A stretch of 64,000 nucleotides of DNA from positions 1-64,000 of the IMG/VR virus record IMGVR_UViG_2811995091_000109; one strand, written 5' to 3'. The translations under genes were made by a program, and so were the position numbers. Shown here in pieces: positions 1 through 8,926 of the stretch. The DNA is from an uncultured virus (IMG/VR IMGVR_UViG_2811995091_000109). Taxonomy: Duplodnaviria > Heunggongvirae > Uroviricota > Caudoviricetes. Each line of letters starts with the position of its first letter. Within the stretch, counting starts at the first letter, position 1. Under the pieces are notes generated by a model. The model was not told where the DNA came from. It did not search any database and saw nothing but the letters and a program-made list of their open reading frames with translations.

Positions 1-439
1 CAGCGATACGAACCGTTGGGTTTGAGACAACCTCAAACTCAGGAACGGTCACGCGGTCACCAAAGACACGAGACTCAGGAGCAGCACCATTACTGGATAC
101 AACTACAGCCGCGACATCAATATCACGGTCGTACACCGGCAGAGCACCCTGAGGTAGAGGATCCACGACTAGGGCTTTGCGAGCAACTCCCTGATAATCG
201 AGGTTTCTACGGATTGGGTTAGCCATTGCCTGACCAAGAGCAATCTTGCCCTCTTGTGTCATCAAAGCCTGCTTAATCATCTCATCTCTCTGGCCGTCAT
301 TCAAGCCAGGCGCGGTGGCCTGAGCATTGCTTGATGGCTGAAGATCTTCGATAACCGAAGCATACTTAACTATCTGAGATAGCGCCTCCTGAACATTGGA
401 GGCATTAATTTCACCATGTGTGTTAAATAATGTAGACAT
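1..439 (-). CDS. Major capsid protein, N-terminal part (HK97-fold inferred; runs off the window edge)
   Basis: Not in the ORF track; translated by hand from ATG at 439 (RBS GGAGGG): MSTLFNTHGEINASNVQEALSQIVKYASVIEDLQ...ALGQAMANPIRRNLDYQGVARKALVVDPLPQGALPVYDRDIDVAAVVVSSNGAAPESRVFGDRVTVPEFEVVSNPTVRIA. Open to position 1, downstream of the protease/scaffold and decoration-like genes, and resembles large-phage MCP N-termini. Confidence 0.8.
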   Translation of the reverse strand, partial: MSTLFNTHGEINASNVQEALSQIVKYASVIEDLQPSSNAQATAPGLNDGQRDEMIKQALMTQEGKIALGQAMANPIRRNLDYQGVARKALVVDPLPQGALPVYDRDIDVAAVVVSSNGAAPESRVFGDRVTVPEFEVVSNPTVRIA

Positions 440-451
440 ATTCTTTCCCTC

Positions 452-1081
452 CTAGAGAAGTGCGTTACCCAAGAACCACACTGCGTGGTACTCTGTAGCT
501 GCGGCTAATCCGACCGCCGTGTTTGTAGTGGAGACAAGTGACGAATCTGTCACTTGTCCAACATAAATACCAAGCTGAATTCCACCGCCCACTGTGGTCA
601 AAAGACCTGCAGCGGTAGCTTCAACAGCCGCATTTACGGTTGACGTTGCAGCGCTAAGTGTATCGGCGGTATCATTAACTCCGTACAACCCAGCCTGCGC
701 CCAAACAGTCACCTTTCCAGAACCACGATTGGTCGCTGGTCCGATAACCACAGCGCCAGCAACATTCGTTGCCTGTCCTGCTGTCTGACCGATTAATGAT
801 CCAAAAAGTGTACCATAACCGCCAGATACTTCGCCACCGTCATCACTGAGTCCGCCTAAGCTTCCTGCTACACGCACCTTGCGTATGAAAGAAACACCTT
901 GTGGCACACCGGCCACAGGGGTGGGTCCAGAAGCAACATCTGCAGCATAACCTTCAGAACCGGGGCCGGTCATTGCGGCAAGCTCAACATATTCGCCGCC
1001 TTCAAGGGCTCCATTATCAGCGTCATCAAGGTCGAACTGCCCAAGAGGTCTTAAACCAGGATTTAATAGTTTTAAAGACAT
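452..1081 (-). CDS. Putative capsid decoration/cement protein
   Basis: 209 aa, Gly/Ala-rich, directly upstream of the MCP. Shares a GSG[KR]VT[VI]...G[LI]Y motif with 3907..4599. Confidence 0.5.
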   Translation of the reverse strand: MSLKLLNPGLRPLGQFDLDDADNGALEGGEYVELAAMTGPGSEGYAADVASGPTPVAGVPQGVSFIRKVRVAGSLGGLSDDGGEVSGGYGTLFGSLIGQTAGQATNVAGAVVIGPATNRGSGKVTVWAQAGLYGVNDTADTLSAATSTVNAAVEATAAGLLTTVGGGIQLGIYVGQVTDSSLVSTTNTAVGLAAATEYHAVWFLGNALL

Positions 1082-1112
1082 TTTTTATTCTCCTTATAAA
1101 AATTTTACATTA

Positions 1113-1137
1113 AATATATTCAACCATTGAATATATT
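1113..1137. promoter_or_regulatory. Perfect 11-bp inverted repeat upstream of the decoration/MCP genes
   Basis: AATATATTCAA-cca-TTGAATATATT in the intergenic gap. Confidence 0.4.
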
Positions 1138-1173
1138 GTCTAGGTTTATTCACTAACTTGAAATTTGATTATA

Positions 1174-3429
1174 TTAACTAGTTTTCTTAAGCGAGTTACG
1201 CAACCAAGCGTAATTTGCTCTGTAGTTTCCCGTTGGAGTGCTAAATGCCACATCCTGTGTTTGACGTTGTTGTTCTAATCCGTTTTCAACAAGCCCTCCT
1301 CTGCCAATAGAGTCTAAGACTACTATTGCCTTTGGATGAGCCGAGCTAACTAAATCAGCACCAGTTTCATCATGCACATTGTACAGGGTTTTATAATCAC
1401 CTTTCGGGGTTTCCGATTTTTCGTCGTACAGTCTACCTAGACCTGTAAAATATGATCGGAGATATTGGTCACTATTACTGAGATCTGTTACAGCATCCTT
1501 GTAATAGGCCTTCGAAAAATCATCAGCTTCCTTTAGAAGCCTTGAATTATCATCATTTAAATTGATATTAGTAGATTCGAGAGCTTCTGTAGCTAACTTT
1601 TTAATAGAATTAAATCTTTCTTTTCTGTTCATATTATTTTCCTCAAACATTTCTGAGTTTTTTAGTAAGCCCTCAAGCATTTCCGAAGCATTGGGAAATA
1701 GCTTTCTTCTCTTCTTTATTTGTTTATTTTGTAATTGTCTTTCTCTCCAGGTAAGCCTCTCTTGTCCTCTGGGATCAATGCCTGCTCCGGGTCTTCCTGG
1801 GATGTTTTTGTCTTTACGAATTCTTTTAGTTCTCCACTTTCCAGATCCAGGGCCTATTAGGCCCGACCCTAAGCTGTGATCCAAAATTAACTCGAAAGCT
1901 TCGTTCAGCACTCTTTGTCCGTCTGGAACATCTCGTGCAAAATCTTTAAGATTAAGATGTTGTCCTCCTAAGATTCCAGGGTTTTGATTGGCTGCTTCGT
2001 AAATCACCATATCCGATCCCCTGCTTTCTCGAAGAGTCTTCATAGCCAAACTTACGGCTCCTGCATTGTCTGCTTTCATAGCGTCTACAAAAACATAACG
2101 AATCTTTCCTCCTCCAAAATTATAAGGTCGATCTAGCCTAAGATAAGCATCTTTATTATAGACAAACCTCATAAGTCTTCTCAACGTGGCTTTTAATAAT
2201 TTTCTATCTCCAGACTCTTCAAGCTCTGCCAGCCTGTTATTCATCTCTATCCAATTACCATCTTCTGCTAAATCAGTAATCTCTTTGGTTGTAGGATGAA
2301 TAGTCTTTCTTCCGGGAGAAGCGCCACCATCATCTGGAAGTCCATCCCCATCATTATCGGGGCCAAATATATCATCTCTATATACATATGCTCCACCAGC
2401 GATTGCTGCCATCAAAGCTAAACCCTTATTCCTCCATATTCCTCTTGACATCTTCCAAAGAATAAACTCTCTATTAAGCGGGTTCATAAGCTTTAACCAT
2501 TTTCCGCCTGTTAATACATCAGCTGTTTGCATGATCTTAAGACGCTTTGCGGCGCTTAGTCCATCTAAAACCGTCTGTGTATGTACATCATCCATCTTTT
2601 TCAAAACTGCAACAGCATCATCTACATGCATATCTTCTACGGTTTTAACTGCTTTAGCTATATCTTCAGGCTTTCCGCTCTTTAATCCTTTGGCCAAATC
2701 ATCCGCAACTCTTTTTATCTCCTCTGGAGTCTTGAGAGAGCCTCCGGGGACTCCAGCATCTGGAGGCCTAGGGGTTGGCGTATCTGGAGGCCTCGGAGTG
2801 TCTGGAGGCCTCGGAGTGTCTGGAGGCCTCGGAGTGGGCGTATCTGGAAGCCTTCCTGCCGCACGATACTCATCCATAAGATCGTCTATTGATGTTGCGG
2901 TCGGAGGAGGCGGAGCGCTTGGATTTATTAGTCTGCCTTTCCTCATTTCCTTGATCATATCCTCAGCGACTGCCTTGTTTCCAGAGGATCCCATTGTGGC
3001 TACCATAAAATCCACAGTTTCTTTATTATTAGCGCGTGCGCCAGAAGGTCCGTACAAATGCCTTTGCATTGCCTTTACTAATTCTTCAGCGCAGTCTGCT
3101 GTACAGCCAGTAGCATACCTGCCTCCTGCATCAAGCTCCTTCAAAACCGTCTCGACATCGCCTGACATTCTATTGAATTTAGCAACCATATCCGCTTCAT
3201 CAGAAGCTCCAAGGAGAAGTTTTAAACCAGCCTTTGCTTCATCAGAGAACCTTGCTACATCTGCGCCTGCAAAGGCAGCTCTAGATGCAGCCATAACAGC
3301 ATCATCAATTTTAGGTGCCGCAAACTTTTCAAAGCCAGAACCAACAGAGTCTGCCTTCTTGTTGAAGTTAGACATAGTTTTGAAATATGAATCTAAAGAA
3401 CTATTGTCTGAAACTTTCTTTATTCGCAT
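1174..3429 (-). CDS. Head-associated protein with Pro-rich repeats and one hydrophobic segment (possible internal/ejection protein)
   Basis: 751 aa; PDTP(TP)RP repeats, hydrophobic GLALMAAIAGGAYVY, DNDGDG motif, several K-x-[AS] motifs; located in the head block. Confidence 0.45.
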   Translation of the reverse strand: MRIKKVSDNSSLDSYFKTMSNFNKKADSVGSGFEKFAAPKIDDAVMAASRAAFAGADVARFSDEAKAGLKLLLGASDEADMVAKFNRMSGDVETVLKELDAGGRYATGCTADCAEELVKAMQRHLYGPSGARANNKETVDFMVATMGSSGNKAVAEDMIKEMRKGRLINPSAPPPPTATSIDDLMDEYRAAGRLPDTPTPRPPDTPRPPDTPRPPDTPTPRPPDAGVPGGSLKTPEEIKRVADDLAKGLKSGKPEDIAKAVKTVEDMHVDDAVAVLKKMDDVHTQTVLDGLSAAKRLKIMQTADVLTGGKWLKLMNPLNREFILWKMSRGIWRNKGLALMAAIAGGAYVYRDDIFGPDNDGDGLPDDGGASPGRKTIHPTTKEITDLAEDGNWIEMNNRLAELEESGDRKLLKATLRRLMRFVYNKDAYLRLDRPYNFGGGKIRYVFVDAMKADNAGAVSLAMKTLRESRGSDMVIYEAANQNPGILGGQHLNLKDFARDVPDGQRVLNEAFELILDHSLGSGLIGPGSGKWRTKRIRKDKNIPGRPGAGIDPRGQERLTWRERQLQNKQIKKRRKLFPNASEMLEGLLKNSEMFEENNMNRKERFNSIKKLATEALESTNINLNDDNSRLLKEADDFSKAYYKDAVTDLSNSDQYLRSYFTGLGRLYDEKSETPKGDYKTLYNVHDETGADLVSSAHPKAIVVLDSIGRGGLVENGLEQQRQTQDVAFSTPTGNYRANYAWLRNSLKKTS
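2759..2848. repeat. Coding tandem repeat, 18-bp unit TCTGGAGGCCTCGGAGTG
   Basis: Three exact units at 2783-2836 plus degenerate flanks; encodes Pro-rich PDTPRP repeats. Confidence 0.9.
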
Positions 3430-3854
3430 GCTACATCCTGCTCTAGAATTTCGTCTATTGTTCTTTCTATTCTATAAGCTAATTTGACATTGTTTTCTTG
3501 AAGAGCCGCTTCAACCAAGCCTCTTAAGTCGTCAAGAACTTCATTTTGAAGCCCTACGTCATATGTGTCATCTTCAAGATCAAGACTATCTTCTGCAACC
3601 TCATCTGATACTTCATCGAAAGCATTATCGTCCATAGCGCCCAAGGCCGCCCCTGCTCCTTCGGGATCTCCAGGATAAGCATCTTTGACAGCCTTAACCG
3701 TATTTACATCTAATGCAGCTTTTTCAAGCGAATTTATTTTTGCTTGCAGTATTTCAGCTCTTTTTACAGTCTCAATGACTTTCTTTTCAAGCTCTTTAAA
3801 CACTTCACTGTTGTCAAAGTTAGCAAGGTCTTCTTTGCTCCATGAATTAATCAT
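3420..3854 (-). CDS. Hypothetical acidic helical protein (head block)
   Basis: 144-aa ORF with RBS AGGAG; overlaps the next gene start. Confidence 0.6.
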   Translation of the reverse strand: MINSWSKEDLANFDNSEVFKELEKKVIETVKRAEILQAKINSLEKAALDVNTVKAVKDAYPGDPEGAGAALGAMDDNAFDEVSDEVAEDSLDLEDDTYDVGLQNEVLDDLRGLVEAALQENNVKLAYRIERTIDEILEQDVACE

Positions 3855-3906
3855 TTGGATCTCCTAGAATATATACGTATATCATCACATTTTAAATAAT
3901 TAGTAG

Positions 3907-4599
3907 TTATAATAACATAAACTCTAATGTTCCAATAGACGCAGAAGGAGGCCCTGTACACAGAGCAACGCCCGGATGATTGTCTGTAGGCTGTTCAGAA
4001 GACAGCTTTCCATCTAATCCTATATATAAAGTACAATTAACTGGATAGATTTGAGTCGTGTCAAATTGATCAGTTGCATATATTCCTCGTTGATAATGAA
4101 TAGTTACACGGCCACTTCCAATGGTTGTGTCATCTCCAGGTTTTCCTGCAACTCTATAAATATAATTTACAATAACCCTAAAACTATCAAAGGTTCCGTC
4201 TCCGTCCGAATCATGATTCAATACTGTGCCAGAAGGAACTGTTATAACTCCATTTACAGTATTTAAAACAACAGAAACAGTAGAAGTAAAACTATTTTCA
4301 ATAACATTCGGAAACTCCAAAACTCCTGTAACATCAACCGAACCAACTCTATTCCCATTGCTGTCTATTTCGGATGACTGTGCATCAATAACTATAACCT
4401 CGTCTACTTGAGCTTTTGTAAACGCTGTTGTCCTTACATCATCAATAATGCCTAACGGAGCAGTTCCATCGCTTATGCTTGCAACTATATCATTACCAAT
4501 CAATCCAAGCTGAGCAAACATCCCTGGTTCAAACTCAGCAGTTGGATCAACTGGCAAACTCATCGGAAGAGCATTACCACTATGAATAACCTTCAGCAA
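3907..4599 (-). CDS. Putative capsid decoration/structural protein, paralogue of 452..1081
   Basis: 230 aa, TTG start with RBS GGGAG; beta-rich; DDTTIGSGRVTIHYQRGIYATDQFD motif; DSDGDG loop. Confidence 0.5.
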   Translation of the reverse strand: MLKVIHSGNALPMSLPVDPTAEFEPGMFAQLGLIGNDIVASISDGTAPLGIIDDVRTTAFTKAQVDEVIVIDAQSSEIDSNGNRVGSVDVTGVLEFPNVIENSFTSTVSVVLNTVNGVITVPSGTVLNHDSDGDGTFDSFRVIVNYIYRVAGKPGDDTTIGSGRVTIHYQRGIYATDQFDTTQIYPVNCTLYIGLDGKLSSEQPTDNHPGVALCTGPPSASIGTLEFMLL

Positions 4600-4624
4600 T
4601 CTTATCTCCCTAAGTAAAAATATT

Positions 4625-4655
4625 AAAAGGGAAGGAAAAAGCTTCCCTCCCTTTT
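4625..4655 (-). terminator. Rho-independent terminator-like hairpin
   Basis: AAAAGGGAAG...CTTCCCTCCCTTTT with A/T tracts on both sides, downstream of 4681..5265. Confidence 0.55.
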
Positions 4656-4680
4656 ATTTTACTATTAATAGTAAAAATTT

Positions 4681-5265
4681 TTAACTGCTGATTTTCCTAA
4701 TCGTGGCTTTAACCATGTCTGCAGCAAAGCCATCTCCACTATTTTGGAAGTCAGAAGCCATCTTATTAAGGACAGAAGCTATGTTTGATTTGCGACTTGC
4801 CTCCTTAGTAAGATCTTCTCTAATACTAAAGGCAGTAGCTTCTACAACATCTGCTGCAAATCCTTCATTTTTATTACGCAAACTGGCAGCAATCTTGCCT
4901 AGTCCGCTCATGATATAATGACCCAACGGATCATTAGAAGGTCTTGCTTTTGTCTTTCTTCTAGATTTACTAGTCTTCCTAGACCTATTAGTCTTCATAG
5001 AAGCTTCTTTTTTACTATCTTCATCATCATCTGCATAATCAGCATAATCGGCCATATCTTGCACTTGACTCTCCAAGTCAGCTACACTATCAGATTCTGC
5101 ATTATCAGATTCATCTTCAGCGTTAGAAACCAGCAAATCTTTTAGAACATCATCAGTTACGTTGCCTCCGCTGTCTTGAGCTGTTTTTACTATATTTTGA
5201 TTATTGCTCAAGAGTCTGTTAAACTCTTGAGCAATATTATCACCATTACGTCTAATGCTATACAT
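4681..5265 (-). CDS. Hypothetical head-associated protein with internal duplication
   Basis: Start moved to ATG 5265 (RBS AGGAG). Two copies of L-x-K-[IM]-A...GFAAD[VM]V[EK]AT. Confidence 0.6.
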   Translation of the reverse strand: MYSIRRNGDNIAQEFNRLLSNNQNIVKTAQDSGGNVTDDVLKDLLVSNAEDESDNAESDSVADLESQVQDMADYADYADDDEDSKKEASMKTNRSRKTSKSRRKTKARPSNDPLGHYIMSGLGKIAASLRNKNEGFAADVVEATAFSIREDLTKEASRKSNIASVLNKMASDFQNSGDGFAADMVKATIRKISS

Positions 5266-5276
5266 TATATTTTCTC

Positions 5277-8200
5277 CTATTCCCACATGGATGCTAAGGC
5301 ACCAGCCGACATCAATGTTGTGTTAGAGACAGGTTGAGAACCAGAATCGGACTCTACCCCAATGTTTAAACCGCCAAGGTCTGAAGCAATCTTAGTGTTT
5401 CTGACCGTGCGAGCATTACCAATGCTTCTCTTAAATGCTTCGAAAGCATTATTATCAAAAGACATTATCTCATCAACTTGGTTATCTAATGCAGTTTTGG
5501 TAGTAGACAAAAGTCCTTTTCTTTGCATTTCCAATCCAACATCATAGGCTCTGCGTAACTTAACTCTATAGCCCTCTCTTTCCTCATCTGCCTTCTTTGT
5601 TGCAATCTGAGTATTTAAAGATTCTTTTACAGCATTTGTCGCACGAGCTCTTGTAGACACGGGCTCTGCAGAAGCAGTTTTCACCGTTGCAGACTGCTTT
5701 TCAGTCTTTCTGTTAGAGGCACTTTGAGCAACAGATCTTTCAGCATTTCTCAACATTGCTGCTCTACTATTTGCGCGATCTTTTAGAATACGATCCTCTG
5801 CTTGCTTCAGAATTGAGTTGCGGCGGCCTCGTCTAAGGTTCATAGCTTCTGTTACCAGGCTATCAACAGCATCATCATCAGCTTCGTTTGCAACGCCCTG
5901 ATCATTAGCTTCGCTCTCATCAAAGGCTGCATCATCAGCTGCATCATCTTCGACATAATCAACAACCTCATTTGTTTCGCCTCCTGACTGAGCAGTTTTT
6001 GCAAGACCTACGAGAGCCTTTGTTTCGCCTGTGATTTGATCTGCATCTCTCAAGGCAGAACCGGCAAGCTTAACAAACTCTCTTCGCTGGGAATGAGAAA
6101 GCTTAGACATATTATCATATGTTTCTGCAACCATAGATAGTTCATCAGCAGAATCATCTAACTTACGATAAGCCCTCTTTAGGTTGGTGATTATGTGATT
6201 AGAGAGAGCTTCAAGCCCGCCCTCTTCCGCTCCAACTTCCTCTCCTGGTCCGCCCTTATCCTTTCCGGTAAAGACGTTTACATCAACATCTGCAAGTCTA
6301 TCGTCTTGCAATTGAGCCACTAGGTCTCTGACTTCATCAAGAAGCTGTTCAATTTCTGCAAGTCTATTATCAATAGCCTCTCCAGGCTCCTCCTCTGCGC
6401 CTTCCTCACCTTCTGCGCCTTCCTCATCCAGCGGTGGCAATCCACCTTCTTCATCTAATGGTGGCAGCTCAGGCAATCCACCTTCTGCGCCCGCCGGAGG
6501 TCCAGCTTCTGCACCCGCTGGAGCATCCAGAGGAGGAAGAGGAGGGAGTGCGTCAGGGGCTTCCTGTGCAGACTTTAAAAGATTAGAAACGTTATTTAAT
6601 CCAAAAGATCTAATCTGATCGCAAACTTCTTTGCCATATTCCTTACTCTTGAGCCAGTTCCAATTATTTCTTAGCTCTGGGCCAAAAATATCTCCAGCAG
6701 TAGCCGCTATAACTCGCTTGCTTCCTGAAAAAACTTCAAAAAGACTTCTGTTATGATCAACAGAACCATTTGAGTTACGACGAACGCTAAAGCGAGTACT
6801 TAAAGCTGGCCCGCTATAGGCCTGCTTTCTTAGGCCTCTGTTTGCATAAGAAGCTCTATGTAAATTCTCTTTTGCTTGAGAATCTCCAGGGAACATTCCT
6901 GACGTTCCGCCCATGTTTCCGGTTTGAAGCATGTGCTTATCTTGATTGTCTCGAACGTTTTTGTAATCTTCGTTCTTATATGTATTTGGCTCAACGCCAT
7001 CGGCTCCGCCCTGCATATAGGCCAATCTCTGCAACCTTCTTTCTTCAAGCTTGGCTCTGCTAAGCTTTTCCTTAGACTCTTTGTCTCCAGGGAACATGCC
7101 GTTATCGCCGCCCATGCCCTTGTCCTGTTGCATTTGCTTATCTTTATTAAAATCAAAGGTTTCACCCTTGTACGTATTTGGCTCTGCGCCATCAGATCCA
7201 CCTTGCATATATGCTACACGACGGCGAAGCTCTGCTCTTTTTCTTAATCTTGACTCATTCATGATATCCTCCACTATTGAATTTATTGAAAAGTCGTCCA
7301 CATAATCGCTATCATTGCCATTATTAGCTAATTTAATATTACGATTAGTGTTGTCCGTAGCAAGCTCCGTCAAAACTTCGCCGCCTGACGGAGATGGAAA
7401 GAGATCATCTTCCGGTGGAAAACCTTCTCTTTGTTCGGTTTGTCCACCACCTGCTAACCCCATCCTAGTACTTCCGCTCAACTCAGGTACATCTCCTGGC
7501 AGTCTAGAACCTTCTACATTTTCACCTGTAGTAAATTCTGTTCTAGGAGCTGGACCAACACCTGGTTTAGTTGTTACATTTAACTTGTTAATCAAACTGT
7601 TTATTACACTTTTAACATCATCGGTTACGCTTGGGTCTCCCAAAACATTTGTAGCCTCTGATACTGCAGACAAAGTTTCTGCTATATTTCTATCTCTTTC
7701 TGAATTATCGGTAAAGCCGCCAGCAGCTTTGAATAATCCATTGTTTTTTAAAAATCCTCTTACGATATTTCTTCTCTCATCTACCGAGCAACCGCCCTCT
7801 CCGCAGGCGGTTTTCATAATTCCTTCTAAGTGCTCTGCCTGTTTTAGGTTTAAGCCTCCAAGCATTCGATCTACATTGTCAACACCATAATTTATAAATT
7901 CATTCGAATATTCCTGAAGAGACGCTATACACTTTAAGAGTATAGCTCCTGGCTCAGCAGGCTGAACAACAAGGCTGTATTCTATTGGCTTTAATCCAAC
8001 ATTAACCTCCCCATGTGCTGTCTTGTTCATTATATGATTACAATATTCGTCTTGCGTTGTAGCTCGATTTCCACACTCAGAACAGATGGAGGTCTCAACT
8101 GCGGTACCCATTGACCCGTATCTTACAAGACCTGTCTCGACTTTTCTTGCCAACTCTGGATAATTAACCTTATCTAAAGCGCATAGCCCTACAATTTGTT

Positions 8201-8642
8201 TGAACTTCTCATCATAATGTGTATCTAGGATTATTCCTCTGATTCCATCAACAGAGCTTGATTCATGGTCTCTGCACAGAGGCAGTCCAATCCAGCTGTT
8301 TGCCGCCTTCTTTAGTTCCGATTCTGGAAATATATCTTTGTTATTATTTCTATGTGGCTGAATGTTTCCATTCCACTTCCAGTTTTCATCAAAAAAGCCC
8401 CAAGCGTTTTCTCCGCCTGAGACTTTTTTAAGGCCGCCTTTTTCGTCAAGCAATGCTGACTCTGCCGCCTTTAGGAAGACTATTGAAAAATAAAGAAAGT
8501 CATCAGACTTTGGTGCTATATTTTTTATGCTATTTGCTAGTTTTGTAAAACGTCGAATTAATTTTGGATTTGCAAGTATCTCTTGTTGATCATGAGTATC
8601 AACAATGTTATTTTCCGGAGAAAAGCATACTTTCTTGAACAT
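5277..8642 (-). CDS. Prohead protease fused to scaffolding protein
   Basis: N-terminal maturation-protease pattern: DH, GSMG, EYSLVVQPAEPGA, with a C-x2-C-x10-C-x-H insertion. C-terminal acidic/Pro-rich and coiled-coil region. Lies between portal and MCP. Confidence 0.8.
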   Translation of the reverse strand: MFKKVCFSPENNIVDTHDQQEILANPKLIRRFTKLANSIKNIAPKSDDFLYFSIVFLKAAESALLDEKGGLKKVSGGENAWGFFDENWKWNGNIQPHRNNNKDIFPESELKKAANSWIGLPLCRDHESSSVDGIRGIILDTHYDEKFKQIVGLCALDKVNYPELARKVETGLVRYGSMGTAVETSICSECGNRATTQDEYCNHIMNKTAHGEVNVGLKPIEYSLVVQPAEPGAILLKCIASLQEYSNEFINYGVDNVDRMLGGLNLKQAEHLEGIMKTACGEGGCSVDERRNIVRGFLKNNGLFKAAGGFTDNSERDRNIAETLSAVSEATNVLGDPSVTDDVKSVINSLINKLNVTTKPGVGPAPRTEFTTGENVEGSRLPGDVPELSGSTRMGLAGGGQTEQREGFPPEDDLFPSPSGGEVLTELATDNTNRNIKLANNGNDSDYVDDFSINSIVEDIMNESRLRKRAELRRRVAYMQGGSDGAEPNTYKGETFDFNKDKQMQQDKGMGGDNGMFPGDKESKEKLSRAKLEERRLQRLAYMQGGADGVEPNTYKNEDYKNVRDNQDKHMLQTGNMGGTSGMFPGDSQAKENLHRASYANRGLRKQAYSGPALSTRFSVRRNSNGSVDHNRSLFEVFSGSKRVIAATAGDIFGPELRNNWNWLKSKEYGKEVCDQIRSFGLNNVSNLLKSAQEAPDALPPLPPLDAPAGAEAGPPAGAEGGLPELPPLDEEGGLPPLDEEGAEGEEGAEEEPGEAIDNRLAEIEQLLDEVRDLVAQLQDDRLADVDVNVFTGKDKGGPGEEVGAEEGGLEALSNHIITNLKRAYRKLDDSADELSMVAETYDNMSKLSHSQRREFVKLAGSALRDADQITGETKALVGLAKTAQSGGETNEVVDYVEDDAADDAAFDESEANDQGVANEADDDAVDSLVTEAMNLRRGRRNSILKQAEDRILKDRANSRAAMLRNAERSVAQSASNRKTEKQSATVKTASAEPVSTRARATNAVKESLNTQIATKKADEEREGYRVKLRRAYDVGLEMQRKGLLSTTKTALDNQVDEIMSFDNNAFEAFKRSIGNARTVRNTKIASDLGGLNIGVESDSGSQPVSNTTLMSAGALASMWE
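6850..7225 (-). repeat. Tandem duplication of about 62 aa in the scaffold region
   Basis: Two copies of AYMQGG[SA]DG[AV]EPNTYK...DK[QH]M.Q...MGG..GMFPGD...KE.L.RA. Confidence 0.85.
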
Positions 8643-8743
8643 AGCAAACCCTTATGAATAATAAACAGAATAATTCAAACATTATATAAATATTAGTTTT
8701 TATATTTTTTGTGTAATTTTTTTTTGAATTACATAGTTTTTTG

Positions 8744-8923
8744 TTATTTATTTTCTTTTTTATTAGCAGAATGATGATCTTTCAAAGCCTTGATTCTTCT
8801 ATCATCTTCATCTTCTGAGTCTAAATAAATAGTATTTTCTTCTTGAATATCAATATCATCTGATTCTTCTTTTGAATTTTTAACTATGATTTTCTTCGTT
8901 TTATCACCAAATTTTATAAACAT
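8744..8923 (-). CDS. Small acidic protein (59 aa) missed by the ORF track
   Basis: Hand translation: MFIKFGDKTKKIIVKNSKEESDDIDIQEENTIYLDSEDEDDRRIKALKDHHSANKKENK*. RBS GGAG overlaps the end of the upstream gene. Confidence 0.65.
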   Translation of the reverse strand: MFIKFGDKTKKIIVKNSKEESDDIDIQEENTIYLDSEDEDDRRIKALKDHHSANKKENK

Positions 8924-8926
8924 TAA

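Noticed and set aside
2759..2848. Short direct repeats as a CRISPR array
   Set aside because: Contiguous in-frame 18-bp units without spacers, encoding a Pro-rich linker.
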